Assembly: GCF_964204865.1 (NCBI RefSeq)
Contig: NC_135261.1
Location: 5,518,001-5,582,000, forward strand
Source of the DNA: Styela clava
Taxonomy: Eukaryota
Direction of reading: 5' to 3'
DNA length: 64,000 bases
Numbering within the stretch: position 1 is the first letter of the stretch; the number at the start of each line of letters is the position of its first letter. Under the pieces are notes generated by a model. The model worked only from the letters and a program-made list of their open reading frames with translations. It had not been told where the DNA came from and ran no database searches. Below, piece after piece: positions 51,435-63,058 of the stretch. Both the position numbers and the translations under genes were made by a program.

Positions 51435-52240
51435 GCTTAAAAAAAAAGAAGAAAAATCTACCAATATAATATGATATTGGCATGATTGATGGTGGAGTGA
51501 CGGACTGATTGATGTAGGCAGAAAGGTAACTGATCTAAAGTAGTTTATCAGTTTTATCATAACTTGATTATAAGGTAAAGGCCTTTTAATTTTAATCTAA
51601 TTACAGGGCTTTGCGAAGAAGGAAGATATTGTTACTGCTGGTGGTCGAGTGGCGATTGGTCGATGTAAATGGAAAGGTAAGTAGTTCTAAGAATGTTACA
51701 AAATCCAAAGCTTTTATCACAACTTCATTATAGAGCAAAGGTTTTATAATTTTTACCTTAATTACAGGTTTTTGCGAAGAAGGAAGATATTGTTACTGCT
51801 AGAGGACTAGTGGCGATCGGTCGATGTAAATGGAAAGGTAGGTATGTTACAAAATTTAAGGTTTTTATCACAACTTGATTATAGAGCGAAGGTTTTATAA
51901 TTTCCACTTTAATTACAGGTTTTTCTGACGCTATGAAGATATTGTCGATGTAAATAGAAAGTTAGGTGGTTGGTCTAAACATGTTGCAAAATCTAAGGTT
52001 TTTATCACAACATTTTATAATTCCCAATTCAATTACAGGTAGAAGATATTGTTACTGCTGGTGACAAGGTGGCAATTGACCGATGTAAATGGACAGGTGG
52101 GTCTGCTTCATTTTTTATGAACAATATACTTTACTCAAAAGGAAAAGGCGTATACGTAAAACATAATTTCCTAAATTGTTGGTTCGTGTTGTTTGTACAG
52201 TGTAAACATTCGAATATTGAAAGCGCTTTTTTACAATAAA
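51435..52240 (+). repeat. Tandem exon-intron repeat array (putative spliced ncRNA)
   Basis: Units TTACAG|exon|GTA with exons 51435-51525, 51607-51676, 51768-51837, 51919-51960 and 52039 onward; AATAAA at 52235. Confidence 0.7.
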
Positions 52241-52927
52241 ACTTTCATTTTCGCTTTTCCACGAGTTTTCCTCTTTTTATATGAACAATTGTGATCATAA
52301 TTTGTTCTACATAAACACACGTATGATACCTAATAAGTTCTGATATTGCTGTTATGCTAATGTAGTTGTGTACATCTCTGTTAACTTTTTACATCACAAT
52401 ATTGTTGCGTATTACAATTGTAAAGGTTGGAGAATAATGCTATACTGCTATAATCTTTACGCTACTGACCTAAAACTTGCCTTCCGTCTTAAACCACAAT
52501 ATTCTTACACCAAATGCTTTTATATAGCAGGCATACGAATGCGAAATGAGATTTTGAAGAAACAAGAGAGCAATGCACAATATGGAGACTGAGTCGGAAC
52601 GAAATATTTCACCCGTATATTCTCCAAAAATCATACCTTGGTCTCGAGATAGCTGTAGTTTGTAATTTTTTTTTCGATTTATCTATTCAACTGCGTTTTG
52701 GGTCGTGCCGAACTGACATTAACTGCTAAAGCTGGGCTTTTTTAAATACTTGCTAATTTCATCATTCAGTCAGTTCGCGCCGAGTTGTCACCGACAATGA
52801 GAATCATGTTTTATCAATAACTCAACTAGTCACTGGGAAGAAAATAGTCGCCTGTCCATCCCTAATAACAGCACACTACGTCAAATGGCCACAGATCCAT
52901 CCCACTGCGTGTTGGGTCGTTCTAAAC

Positions 52928-53038
52928 GGCGCTCCCGAAGTATGTGCACCAAGATGGCGCACAACTGATAACCCTAACCTGGTACACATATAATGTTCAG
53001 GTTGTGCGCCATCTTGGTGCACATACTTCGGGAGCACC
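52928..53038. mobile_element. Short palindromic Merlin-like MITE
   Basis: TIR GGCGCTCCCGAAGTATGTGCACCAAGATGGCGCACAAC; degenerate TSD TTCTAAAC/TGCTAAGC. Confidence 0.7.
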
Positions 53039-55012
53039 TGCTAAGCAGGCATTAAATAATAAAGCCGGGAATACCTGATAACTTAATAATCGAATCTTGA
53101 TTACTAGGAAGATATTTAAATTTCCTATTTAAACGTGATTGTATGCAAATTTTTATTTTAATGAGTCCTCAAGGCATATAAATTACCGAGAACATAGAAT
53201 CCATCACTCAGTCAGTTCGCTAAGTCGTCACTCACAAATAAGAATCGTGTGTCATCAATAACTCACTGGGAAGAAAACAGCCGTGTGTCCGTCCCTCATG
53301 ACAGCGTACTTCGTCAAATAGCTACAAATATGTAAGTAGCTGTTATTCTTGTGAAAAAATCTGCATTTAACTTATCATTCAAATTCTGACTGGAAAAGCG
53401 AATCAAGGCGATCTCAAAATTACAAATCTGGATAAAGTAAGTAATTGTTCCATTTCTTCTTATAAAGGCGTGAAATATAGTAAAAAAAATTATTCAACCA
53501 ATTACTTTATCGATATCTTTAATATCCAACTTCAACTGCAGTTTAGAATTTTAGTATATTCGCCTAGTTATAATTTGTTATCCCCAAATAGTTTTTCAAA
53601 TTGGGTATAAGGGGCACCTTTATCGGCACCATTACATACCTTTTAAGGCAGGGGTTGGCAACCTACAGTAATATAATCCGGCCTGCAAATGGGATAAAAA
53701 TAGGTTTTTTGAGGTGCAATGCAATTAGGAAATAAATCTATATTCTATTCGATAGATGTATCACTGCTTGATTTTTATTATAAAGTATCATCCGTTCGGT
53801 TTTCAACTTTCTGAAAATATGTGCGTCTTGCCAATGACTTGCGACCCCTGTGTCCTTTGTCCCACGAGCGACAAAAGGTTGCCGACCACTGCTTTAAGGT
53901 TATAGAATCAATTTGCGGAGGTATTTCGAATGCTGTAAATTTTCGATGTTATCGAATCGCAAGTGATGCTTTTTAAATTCAATCCCAAGCATATGGGTGT
54001 TTTACTCGTGATTTTAATTGCAGATTATGGAATTGGGGGTAGCAATATAGTCCAGAAGTTATATTTTAATTAAAATCAGGGCGGTTTGTGAATTATTTTT
54101 TCCAACGCTGTTAAACTAGTTTTATATATTTCAGGTTCGAACTGGGCGGAAGCAAAAGACGATTAATCTCACGTGAAGCAGACGTAGATTGACAGTTTTT
54201 TCTGGATATAGTGTTTTAGAATTGTACCAATCGCATTTTCCATTTTATTTTAATAAGTCCTGTATCCGGGTTTTAGAGGTCAGCGCTTCCTTAGCCCCCC
54301 CTTTCCAGATCGTGGGTCATGATGGGTATTGATTGGTTAGGGACACTGAGATTTCTTGCTGCCATCTAATAACCAATTATGCTCGTAGACTGCTATCATA
54401 GATATAAACGCGAGATTTATTCGAATCTTGAAAGTTAGTAAGGTTCCTGTACTTTCACACAAATTCCGTCGTTCTGTGTCTAGAATCTTCAGTGTTTGTT
54501 GAAGTTTTATTCCTTTTTGTTATTTAATGGATATAAATAAATATAACCGACGAGAAAATATCTCCATGCTTGCTCTGAGGCTGGGATTGGTTTGTCAGGT
54601 TTCGGATAGTTGTTCGGGATAAACTAGCAATCATCAGAATGTACAAAAGGGGGTGTGCATCATGCGTATGACGTCACTAGGTTGTGACGTCACCCTAGCG
54701 ATCAGCGGTATTTTGGGGCAGGCCGGCGGTGGATCCGAGCCGAAACGACGCGATTTAATTTTATGTGCGGCCGACCATTGGCCGTAGATAAATCGAGTAT
54801 ATTTTCCGAAATTTATCCATAATCATGCCTGATCATGCATGATCCGAATATAAATTTCAAAAATCTCCATTTTCCAAGGTCTGACCCTTCGATTTTCTCC
54901 ATTTTCGTTTATTTAGGGATTTCTATCTTCTTATAAGTCGGAGCTTCCTTCATACTTTATATATCTGCGTAATCCAATTAATGACGACACGAAATTGATA
55001 CGGGACAGTAAG

Positions 55013-55084
55013 TTCGCGGGATTCAAACTTTGGTCACCATGAACAAACTAAAGGAATATCAACCGCCTTTACCAACTAGGCCAA
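55013..55084 (-). other. tRNA-like Pol III head, mirror copy
   Basis: First 21 nt identical to 55212-55232, and AAAGTTTGAATCCCGCGAA is shared. Confidence 0.55.
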
Positions 55085-55211
55085 GGAGGGACGTGAGAGC
55101 GAGATCTGAGTTTTAATATTTATCAATTATCATAAATGAGTTTATAATTTACAAGTCCGTTGAGATGATATATAAATATTAGACCTTAAAGCTTTGTTCG
55201 TAAGTTCTTAA

Positions 55212-55283
55212 TTGGCCTAGTTGGTAAAGGCGCTGGGTAGACCATAAATTTGTTCACGGTGACTAAAGTTTGAATCCCGCGAA
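55212..55283 (+). other. tRNA-like Pol III head (A box TGGCCTAGTTGG, B-box-like AGTTTGAATCCC)
   Basis: TTGGCCTAGTTGGTAAAGGCG resembles the D arm of Ser/Leu tRNAs. Acceptor and anticodon stems are poor, so this is not called a tRNA gene. Confidence 0.55.
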
Positions 55284-56997
55284 TGTAACATCAAAAATTA
55301 ACGAAGGAGAAACTCGAGCTGTGGACTACAAAAACCCCAAAATAAGAGAATATGGAGGAAATCGAAGGGTCAGACCTTAGAAAATAGAAAATTTTGAAAT
55401 TTTCATTCGGATCATGTATGATCAAGCATGGGCGCGTAAAAATTTCAGTAATTGTACTCGATTTATCTATGGCCTACGATCGGCCAAAGATAAAAAAAAT
55501 CGCGTCGTTTCGGCCCGTAACCGGCGCCCCATAAAATCGCGGCTAGCCAGTATGACGTCATAACCTTGTGACGACTTAGTGTAAAATCCGCAGAAACCAG
55601 TCAAAATGACGTTTTGAGACACTTCTTACACCTATGCTCCAACTCCCATTTCCTATTAGCCTTTAACAAAACCCAGTCGCCGACAACCAATAAGCATGGA
55701 GAACGAATATTGCTTCAATAATTTTATTATTCTTCAAGCAAGAGAATAAACAAAAATGTACATCTAGTCTTCGGGGAAAAATAAGAGAGAGGTGGATAAA
55801 ATGAAGATATTAATGGGAACGCATTGTTTAAAAGGAATATGGAATATTAGCTCACCTATATTACCAAAACTCTCTAAACGGAATAACTTGTGAACTGGTA
55901 ATGAACTATTGGATTTTAAGACTTCGCCCTACAATGACAAATGCGCATTAATTAACACTTTTCAAGTACACAATACTGCTAATTAAATGAAACAACATCC
56001 AGACTTCACAGCTATAAAAGACTATAAAACAATATTATCAAATATTCTAGCTGAAACAATGCGCAATTATAAAAATACCTAATTTGAACAGACAGATGAT
56101 TTGTGAGATCCGTTGTCGCCTCAATCCGCTTGTTCCGGAATCCGGACAGAATCTGCATGAAAAAATAAAGTTAGATATCGGTCTTCAATAGGAATAGTTG
56201 CCGATCGTAAAGAGCAGCGGCGATCGCGCACAAGGGCGGCGTAGACAATTTTTTATATTGCGTTGAGCTTATTTAAAATAACAATTTTTGGATATATGAA
56301 TCCTGACCCCTACCTGATGACGTCATCCAAAAATTACGTCACTGCGACGTCACAATAACGAAATACAGCTTGCCAAAGTATAGCGACGGTCACCCGTAAT
56401 GGCGCCTACGAATATGTCAACAAACTCAATACGTCAGCGACAAATTCTAAAGAGGGGCGCGGCTTAAAATGTTTGAGAACCACTGCTATAGAGTTTCGTT
56501 TGAAGAATATTATATGCTTGGGTAACAATAACTATCGATTTGCAATTCAATTTCTCTAATCCATCTTGTGGATTAGTCATGAAATAAAAACTGGGGTTCT
56601 CAGTCTATAGGATAAAATTAGCGCCGGGGGGTGAACCGGGTAAATTAGCAATCAAGGAATTTTAACGTCAAAAAAAATTTGATTCAACCCACCAAAAAAA
56701 GCAAAACGAGTAGCGAGAGGAAGCAGCGCTGGCAAACAACTTATTCTGACAATCGTATATATATATTTGAGTTTTATACGCGCTATCATCAAGTATTTAT
56801 TTGGTAATAAAATCTGTCACCGCGGGCATTTCCGAGCTTTCTCTCACTACAGAGGTAGACCGTGTTTGTTGGTTACAAACTAGCGTATTATATAAAGTGT
56901 ATTATATACAGCCATAACCATATGCCCGGATATGACTCTGTTATTGCAACACAGGAAATAATAATGACACATCAAAACACATAAGCATACTAGCATG

Positions 56998-57172
56998 AAG
57001 GGACAAAGGGACATTAAACCTACTATATAAGAGGGACACTGCTAAGGGACATGTCCCTTTGTCCCTTACTATATACAAGGTTATAAATGTCCCTTTGTCC
57101 CTTACTGTATACAAGGTTATAAATGTCCCTTACTGTATACAAGGTTATAAATGTCCCTTTGTCCCTTACTAT
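56998..57172. repeat. Minisatellite ATGTCCCTTTGTCCCTTACTRTATACAAGGTTATAA x~4 with an upstream inverted half-unit
   Basis: Direct units at 57051-57172; AAGGGACAAAGGGACAT at 56998 is the reverse complement of the unit start. Confidence 0.85.
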
Positions 57173-57789
57173 ATAGGGTTTTTCAGCCGGCTTTAGGGCC
57201 GCCACTTACCTCTTGAACGATTCGTCTGAAGTTATTAACTAAAAACCCAACCACCCTTCCATAGTCATAACAGTCCTAGTGAAGGGACAATTGCAGATTT
57301 CTACATTTAGTGCATTCTGCACCTTGAAGTTCTTGTAGAAAGCTTATAAAATTGGGAAAAAATAGGACTGAAATAGAAAATAAAGTAACTGAATTTTGTC
57401 ACGAGACTGTTCACAAACGATAATACTCAAAATGAAGTACGCATTTGACTAAGAATGTGCTGGTAACTGATTAGCACTATAAATATTTTTCCTTATTTTA
57501 TTGTTTCAGAGAAGGAAACTTCTATAGGTGGATAGTATATACTTTAAAATTTATTTATTTAGCGTTATTGTACGTGGTATTAAAGCCTACAAGTACCTAA
57601 CCTTAAAAGCTGAAGAGCGAGTTGTGCGCAACTGCCTGATAAACCTGAAGAAAACTGAAACCAGAGTTGTTTACGCATAACAAGGAGAAATAGGCAAAGG
57701 GAGGAAGTATTTGATGATTGTGGACCTCAAGCTGAAGCACGCGCGCATCTCCGGCAGGGTTTCAACACGATGACGAATAAGTCATGGGA

Positions 57790-58045
57790 ATCTTTAAATA
57801 CTCCGATGTAGGTTTGAATTATGTGGGGTTAAATTATGTGGAAGAGGATCGTTGGACTCCTGGTTTCTCTCTTGGACTCTTGGAGGTGATTCACGTACAA
57901 CTGTTTCGTAATACCTCCGCCATTAAGCTCATGCATCCAAGACTAAGCCCGATAGGCGATATGGACTGATCACCGGACGAGAAGCCGTGGTGTCCACGTA
58001 ATCAAGCCGTCTGACGGATTTCCTCTCCACTGTGATAAATATGGA
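57790..58045 (+). mobile_element. Degenerate SINE-like repeat
   Basis: B-box-like GTAGGTTTGAAT and a 3' block ACCGGACGAGAAGCCGTGG...AAGCCGTC shared with ~25595-25660 and ~8150-8255. Confidence 0.4.
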
Positions 58046-61000
58046 AAGACAAAAATATCTACACTTACTTCAACAAACTCTCGATTCGTGAAATTCGCTT
58101 TCACCTTATTCGCTTATTCTCGTTTTCAGGACATAAACTGCATGATAAAATACAAGTTAAAACTATGGAATCCGAAATATTCCAGTCCAATTAAAAACGC
58201 CTTTATGATTTCAGCAAAAGCGAAATGACCTCCACCAATGTTATTTTGCATTCATTTTTATTTCACTCTCAACACATAGATGTCTATGCCGGTACAGATA
58301 GAATGTTTAGGCTTGGAATAAATGATTAATTAATTAATTAATTTCAGTGTGAATTGAATTCAATTTATGAAACACGGCCACTTGCAACGAGTAAGAGTAA
58401 TTTTAGAGCAGTGTTCCAACCTTTATCGTTAAAACTTCTCTTCGCCTTTTTTGGAACTTTTATTTTTTGACTTGGTGGATCATGCGCACTCACACTTTTG
58501 TACAATTTAAGTGTGTTATAATTATCCATTATAGTAATATCAATAATGAAGAAATGCAGAATAGAAATAATAATAAAGAAATGCAGAGTCTATGATTAAA
58601 AAGTTAACCTACCTTGATTATGTTGAGACACGCCGGAGAAGCCACACGCCGGAGAAGCCGTACCTTGCTCCACATGTTTTCCACAAACATTGGATACTTT
58701 CAAGCACTGATTGACAATTTCTGTAGCAAAATAAAACCACTGTAGAAAACACTGTACGTTGAAAATTTTTGAAGGTAATTTAGATTTTCTTTAATTAAAT
58801 TGTTTAATCCATACTTGTTTTTGTCTCAGACGCAGCGGAAATACTGCATTAATTTCATAAACAGTTTTCAGCTTTCATTAAATACATTTAGGACTGATTG
58901 CACACTACGATTTCGGTAACACAGACATCGGATTCTGATTATGCTCGTAAGTATTATTAAAAAAAATGAATTTTGAAGTTTATTTTAAAAATAAATCATG
59001 ATTCGAATTGCAAAAAAATATAATTACTTACATATTTATTTTTATTTGAGACGAATCGGAAAGTCACTCCTCTTGCTTCCCAAATGAAAACGTTTCCTTT
59101 TTCGTTTGAAGAAATTTAATCACCTATTTAAAATTTCTGAAATATAACAAAAAGAAGATACTAACAAGGAAATGAACATGAACAAAAAACAACATAATAG
59201 CATAACGACATGTACAGTTCGCGTCCAATAGTATTGAAACCAACAACAAGTAATTACCCCGTCTCTATCAGTTGACTGTTGATAAAAACTCACTTGTACT
59301 TACCATGTCCAGCTATGTCCGAAGATTCGTCTCCTATCCACTTTTATCTGCACGTGAAAACGAAAATTGGAAGGGTAGGCCAGTAGTGGAAAACTACGCA
59401 ATTTTAATTGCTACACGAGACAAAAAATAGGACCTGGCATACTTCTTCTTCTTACAAAGGGTGAATTACTTATTGCTTAAGACAGATTTTCATCTTACTT
59501 ATTTTATTGCCTTCATTAACAAAAACACTCGCAATGGTTGACGGAAATCTTACAAGGGTATTGGTTTTACAAAATACGAAAGTTACAAAGAATGAAACGA
59601 CTTTAACCCAGACTGCAGATGCGCCGTCATCAATATCAATTTAATACTTCATACCTAACTGGATAAATGTTCATTCAACCGCATTTCCTCCAGCAGATCC
59701 CGATGCCAACAATTCCAGAATTTGTGATCCAATTCCACCCCAGATCAATAATTTTAGGCCTAATATTAGTCTAACTGCATTAGTAAACATAAACTGTAAA
59801 AACATATAAATTGCCTGCAAAGAAACGAGAAAAGCTGTAAATGAAGCCAAATCATTTATTAATTTCCGTTAGAATAAATGAATTTGTCAAACAGCCGAAA
59901 CGACGAATAATTGAAAGACTATTCAAAATTGGAAGACTATTCAAAATGTAAATCTGAATGCACAATGCAATAAATATACGTTTCTCAGCGCAAGAGCCCA
60001 GTAGTATAAAACCTCCATATGTAATCGGATTCATGTTAAGAGTAATATAAGAAGCCAATACAATGACACTGACGGAATCTTTAACACTTGGTTTGACCAA
60101 GATCGTATACTATATTGCCATACGGTTGTGCACTTATAAATAAATTAACAGTTACCTTATTAATCCTTGATCGCCTCTCTTCAACTAAACTTCTGTGAGT
60201 CTTCGAGTCAGGAATTTGGCAACAATAATCGCTTTAATACTATGTTATGGCCTAACTGTATTATTATTTAGTTTATCTTTAGCTATTAGTCCATGTATCT
60301 TTCGTTTTCATTCCACCTCGACAGTCCCACTTGGTAGACAATTGAATTGTAACAAATTTTCAATTGTTACTTTTCAAAAATTATCGAATATGCAGAATTA
60401 ATTTTTGATTGTATACTTTAACCTTCAAGGGAACACAGGTATTTTTCCACCTGCATAAAATAATGATTTCATATTCTTAAAACAATGAGATCATCGATAT
60501 TCCCACGAAATCTATGCTATTCCAATTTATTTTGCTATATATTTACACTACATTTGACCTTAATTACTGCGCCGATGCTATAAACCGGAAATATTAATAT
60601 TGCTCAACCAAAATTTCTCCTATCAAAAACGAAACAAACTAGTTTCTGATTGGTTAAAAATAAACCTTTCCGAAAAAGTAATGAATAAAGATAGAAAATT
60701 TATCCACGAAACGGCAAAATTCCAAAAGCCTTCAAATAACCCAACTTAACCCAAAATAGCACAGACAGAAAAGAGAAAAAAAGTGGGAAAGGTAGGAAAT
60801 ATAGGGGGCAACCCCCGCAACTATCCCATTCAAGGATTCCCAATAGAACACATATACCTTCTGATTAATATATATATATATGCTTTATATCGGAATACAG
60901 ATTATAGAAGTCTAATATATAACTAAAGTCGTAAGTAGTCGACGGGACTATCGGATAAGTATGCAGATAGAAGACCATTCATAGCAGCAACACAACTTTC

Positions 61001-62479
61001 TACGTTACAGAATCAACAATTGTAGATTAAACATAGGTTTAACTGCATTCATATAACGAAAAGATATGGAAGAAGAGAACGCTACTTGTGCCCACGTAAA
61101 TTCTTGACATGACAAAAAAGATTTGGATATAAACTACAAAAAAACCGTTGAAATAATTTGAAAAATATTGAGCAAATAATATTACCTGTACTATATCCAT
61201 CCCAACACAACCGCATCTCTGTTGAGTTTTTAATTCATCAATGATGTAGATCTTATTTATGAAATGGTCCAAGCATCATTGCACAGCCATATCTTACCAG
61301 GGGTCTTTGATTCAACACAAGTATACTCTCAATTCAAACTAGTGTTATATTATGGCCTAACTGCAATCCATAATTCATTGAATATATGTTTAACCGTAGT
61401 TTTTGTTCCGCTCAAGCAGTTTCCGATGTCAACATTCGCATCTTGTTTACGTTCAGTCAGTTTGCATAAACAAGATCTGAAATATGTAACATGGCTAAGA
61501 TGCACTATATTGGTTGAATAAAAGCTAACACAAGCTAAGAGCAGAAATAGGGCAATTCGTATATATGGAATATATCCAAAGCGTAAATATGAATACGGTT
61601 TTAGGTTTCTTACTTGTTCTAACTTGAACATTTCATTGTTCTCGTTCGCCTCCATTTGTTTACGCCGTCGTCTTTGATTCAATATCTACACACTAGGAAT
61701 CATTTAGTATTACGCTATGGGCTAACTAACTGAAAGAATGAAATTATCTCTAATAATCATTGCCGATTTAGATTATCTCACCAATTTCAGATCTCAATTC
61801 CACTTTGTAGACATTTGAATCAATAATTGTAGGCCAAAGCTTAGTTTAACTACATTAGTACAACTATGAAAAATGGCTGAAGATACGCGTTGGATTATGA
61901 AAAAAATACCGACACAAGTATGCACATAAACCATTAAACCGAAAAAATTCGCAAACATGAAATCAGTGCTCACCTGACGGCGTCAACTTTGAAAAGACCG
62001 CCTGAGCGCAAACAAATTTTGACGTGGCAAGAAAAAAGTTTGATTATAATAAAGAAACAAAGAGGGTGGAGGAGACCGCAAAATGAAGATGCTTTTTCAT
62101 TCGTTATTAGGAATCACATGTCTAGGTGACGTAAGAAAATAGCAAAACAACAAAAAAATGATGGAACATGCTGTTTGTCGCATTAACCTTTTACCACTAC
62201 AGCCATATAACAATCTAAATACATCTTATTCTAGAGTCTAGCTAGACAATATTTAATATGCTACATTATTGAGAAAAATAATAATAAGCAGAAAGATATT
62301 CTACCGACGTCATGATGAGGACAGCAGGAAAAATCACGCTGACCAAACATACAGCGATAATAACAAAATCAGACGATTTTTCTTCATAGGATGCTTATTC
62401 AATACTTGTCGCATCGAACAAGACCCTATGCAAGCATCCACAGATACCCCACGATATGCTATGAGTTACTCTCAAAACG

Positions 62480-63058
62480 TTTAAAACGTGCTGCTACTAT
62501 TCTGACATGCCGAAATCAAATATTTAAAGTTTCTTCGCAGCGACCGTATTTCGTCACCCCTAACCTGACACCACGCAACGACCGTATTTCGTCACCCCAA
62601 ATCTGACATGCACCGACCGTGTTTCGCCACCCCTAACTTGACTCGACGACCCTATTTCGTCACTCCCATTTTGACACACAACGACCGCATTTCGTTACCC
62701 CTATACTTGCTTTAAATGTATTAGACGTCCAATATCGCTGTATTAAAAAATAAAAAGATAATTGTGCTAAATTAAGTTTAAATACTGAACTACCCTTGAC
62801 TATGATACATTTATATTTTTCATAAAATTACCGGAATATACGCTATGTTTGGTATTATATATGTCCGGTTCAAAACGTGCTGCTACTATTCTGACATGCC
62901 GAAATCAAATCTTTGGTTTTTTCGCAGCGACCGTATTTCGTCACCTCCAATCTGACACGCATCAACCGTATACCGTCACCCCCAATTTGATACGCAACGA
63001 CCGCATTTCGTCATCCCTATTTTGACACCCTCAATATGACTTTTGTGCTACCACCCCT
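62480..63058 (-). repeat. Right terminal array (two tandem blocks), inverted relative to 44886-45105
   Basis: CGACCGTATTTCGTCACCCCTAACCTGACACCACGCAACGACCGTATTT is the exact reverse complement of the left array. Ends CAATATGACTTTTGTGCTACCACCCCT. Confidence 0.85.

Larger units (their letters stand above)
54120..56160. repeat. Diverged ~2-kb palindrome centred near 55147
   Basis: Colinear inverted blocks, strongest at 54668-55084 versus 55212-55573; weaker similarity extends out to the splice acceptors at 54134 and 56153. Confidence 0.85.

Noticed and set aside
55013-55283. Two functional tRNA genes
   Set aside because: A and B boxes are present, but no convincing acceptor or anticodon stems; kept only as tRNA-like heads.
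44886-63058. Polinton/Maverick assignment
   Set aside because: Size fits, but no pPolB, integrase, ATPase or capsid ORF remnants were recognised and there is no 6-bp TSD.
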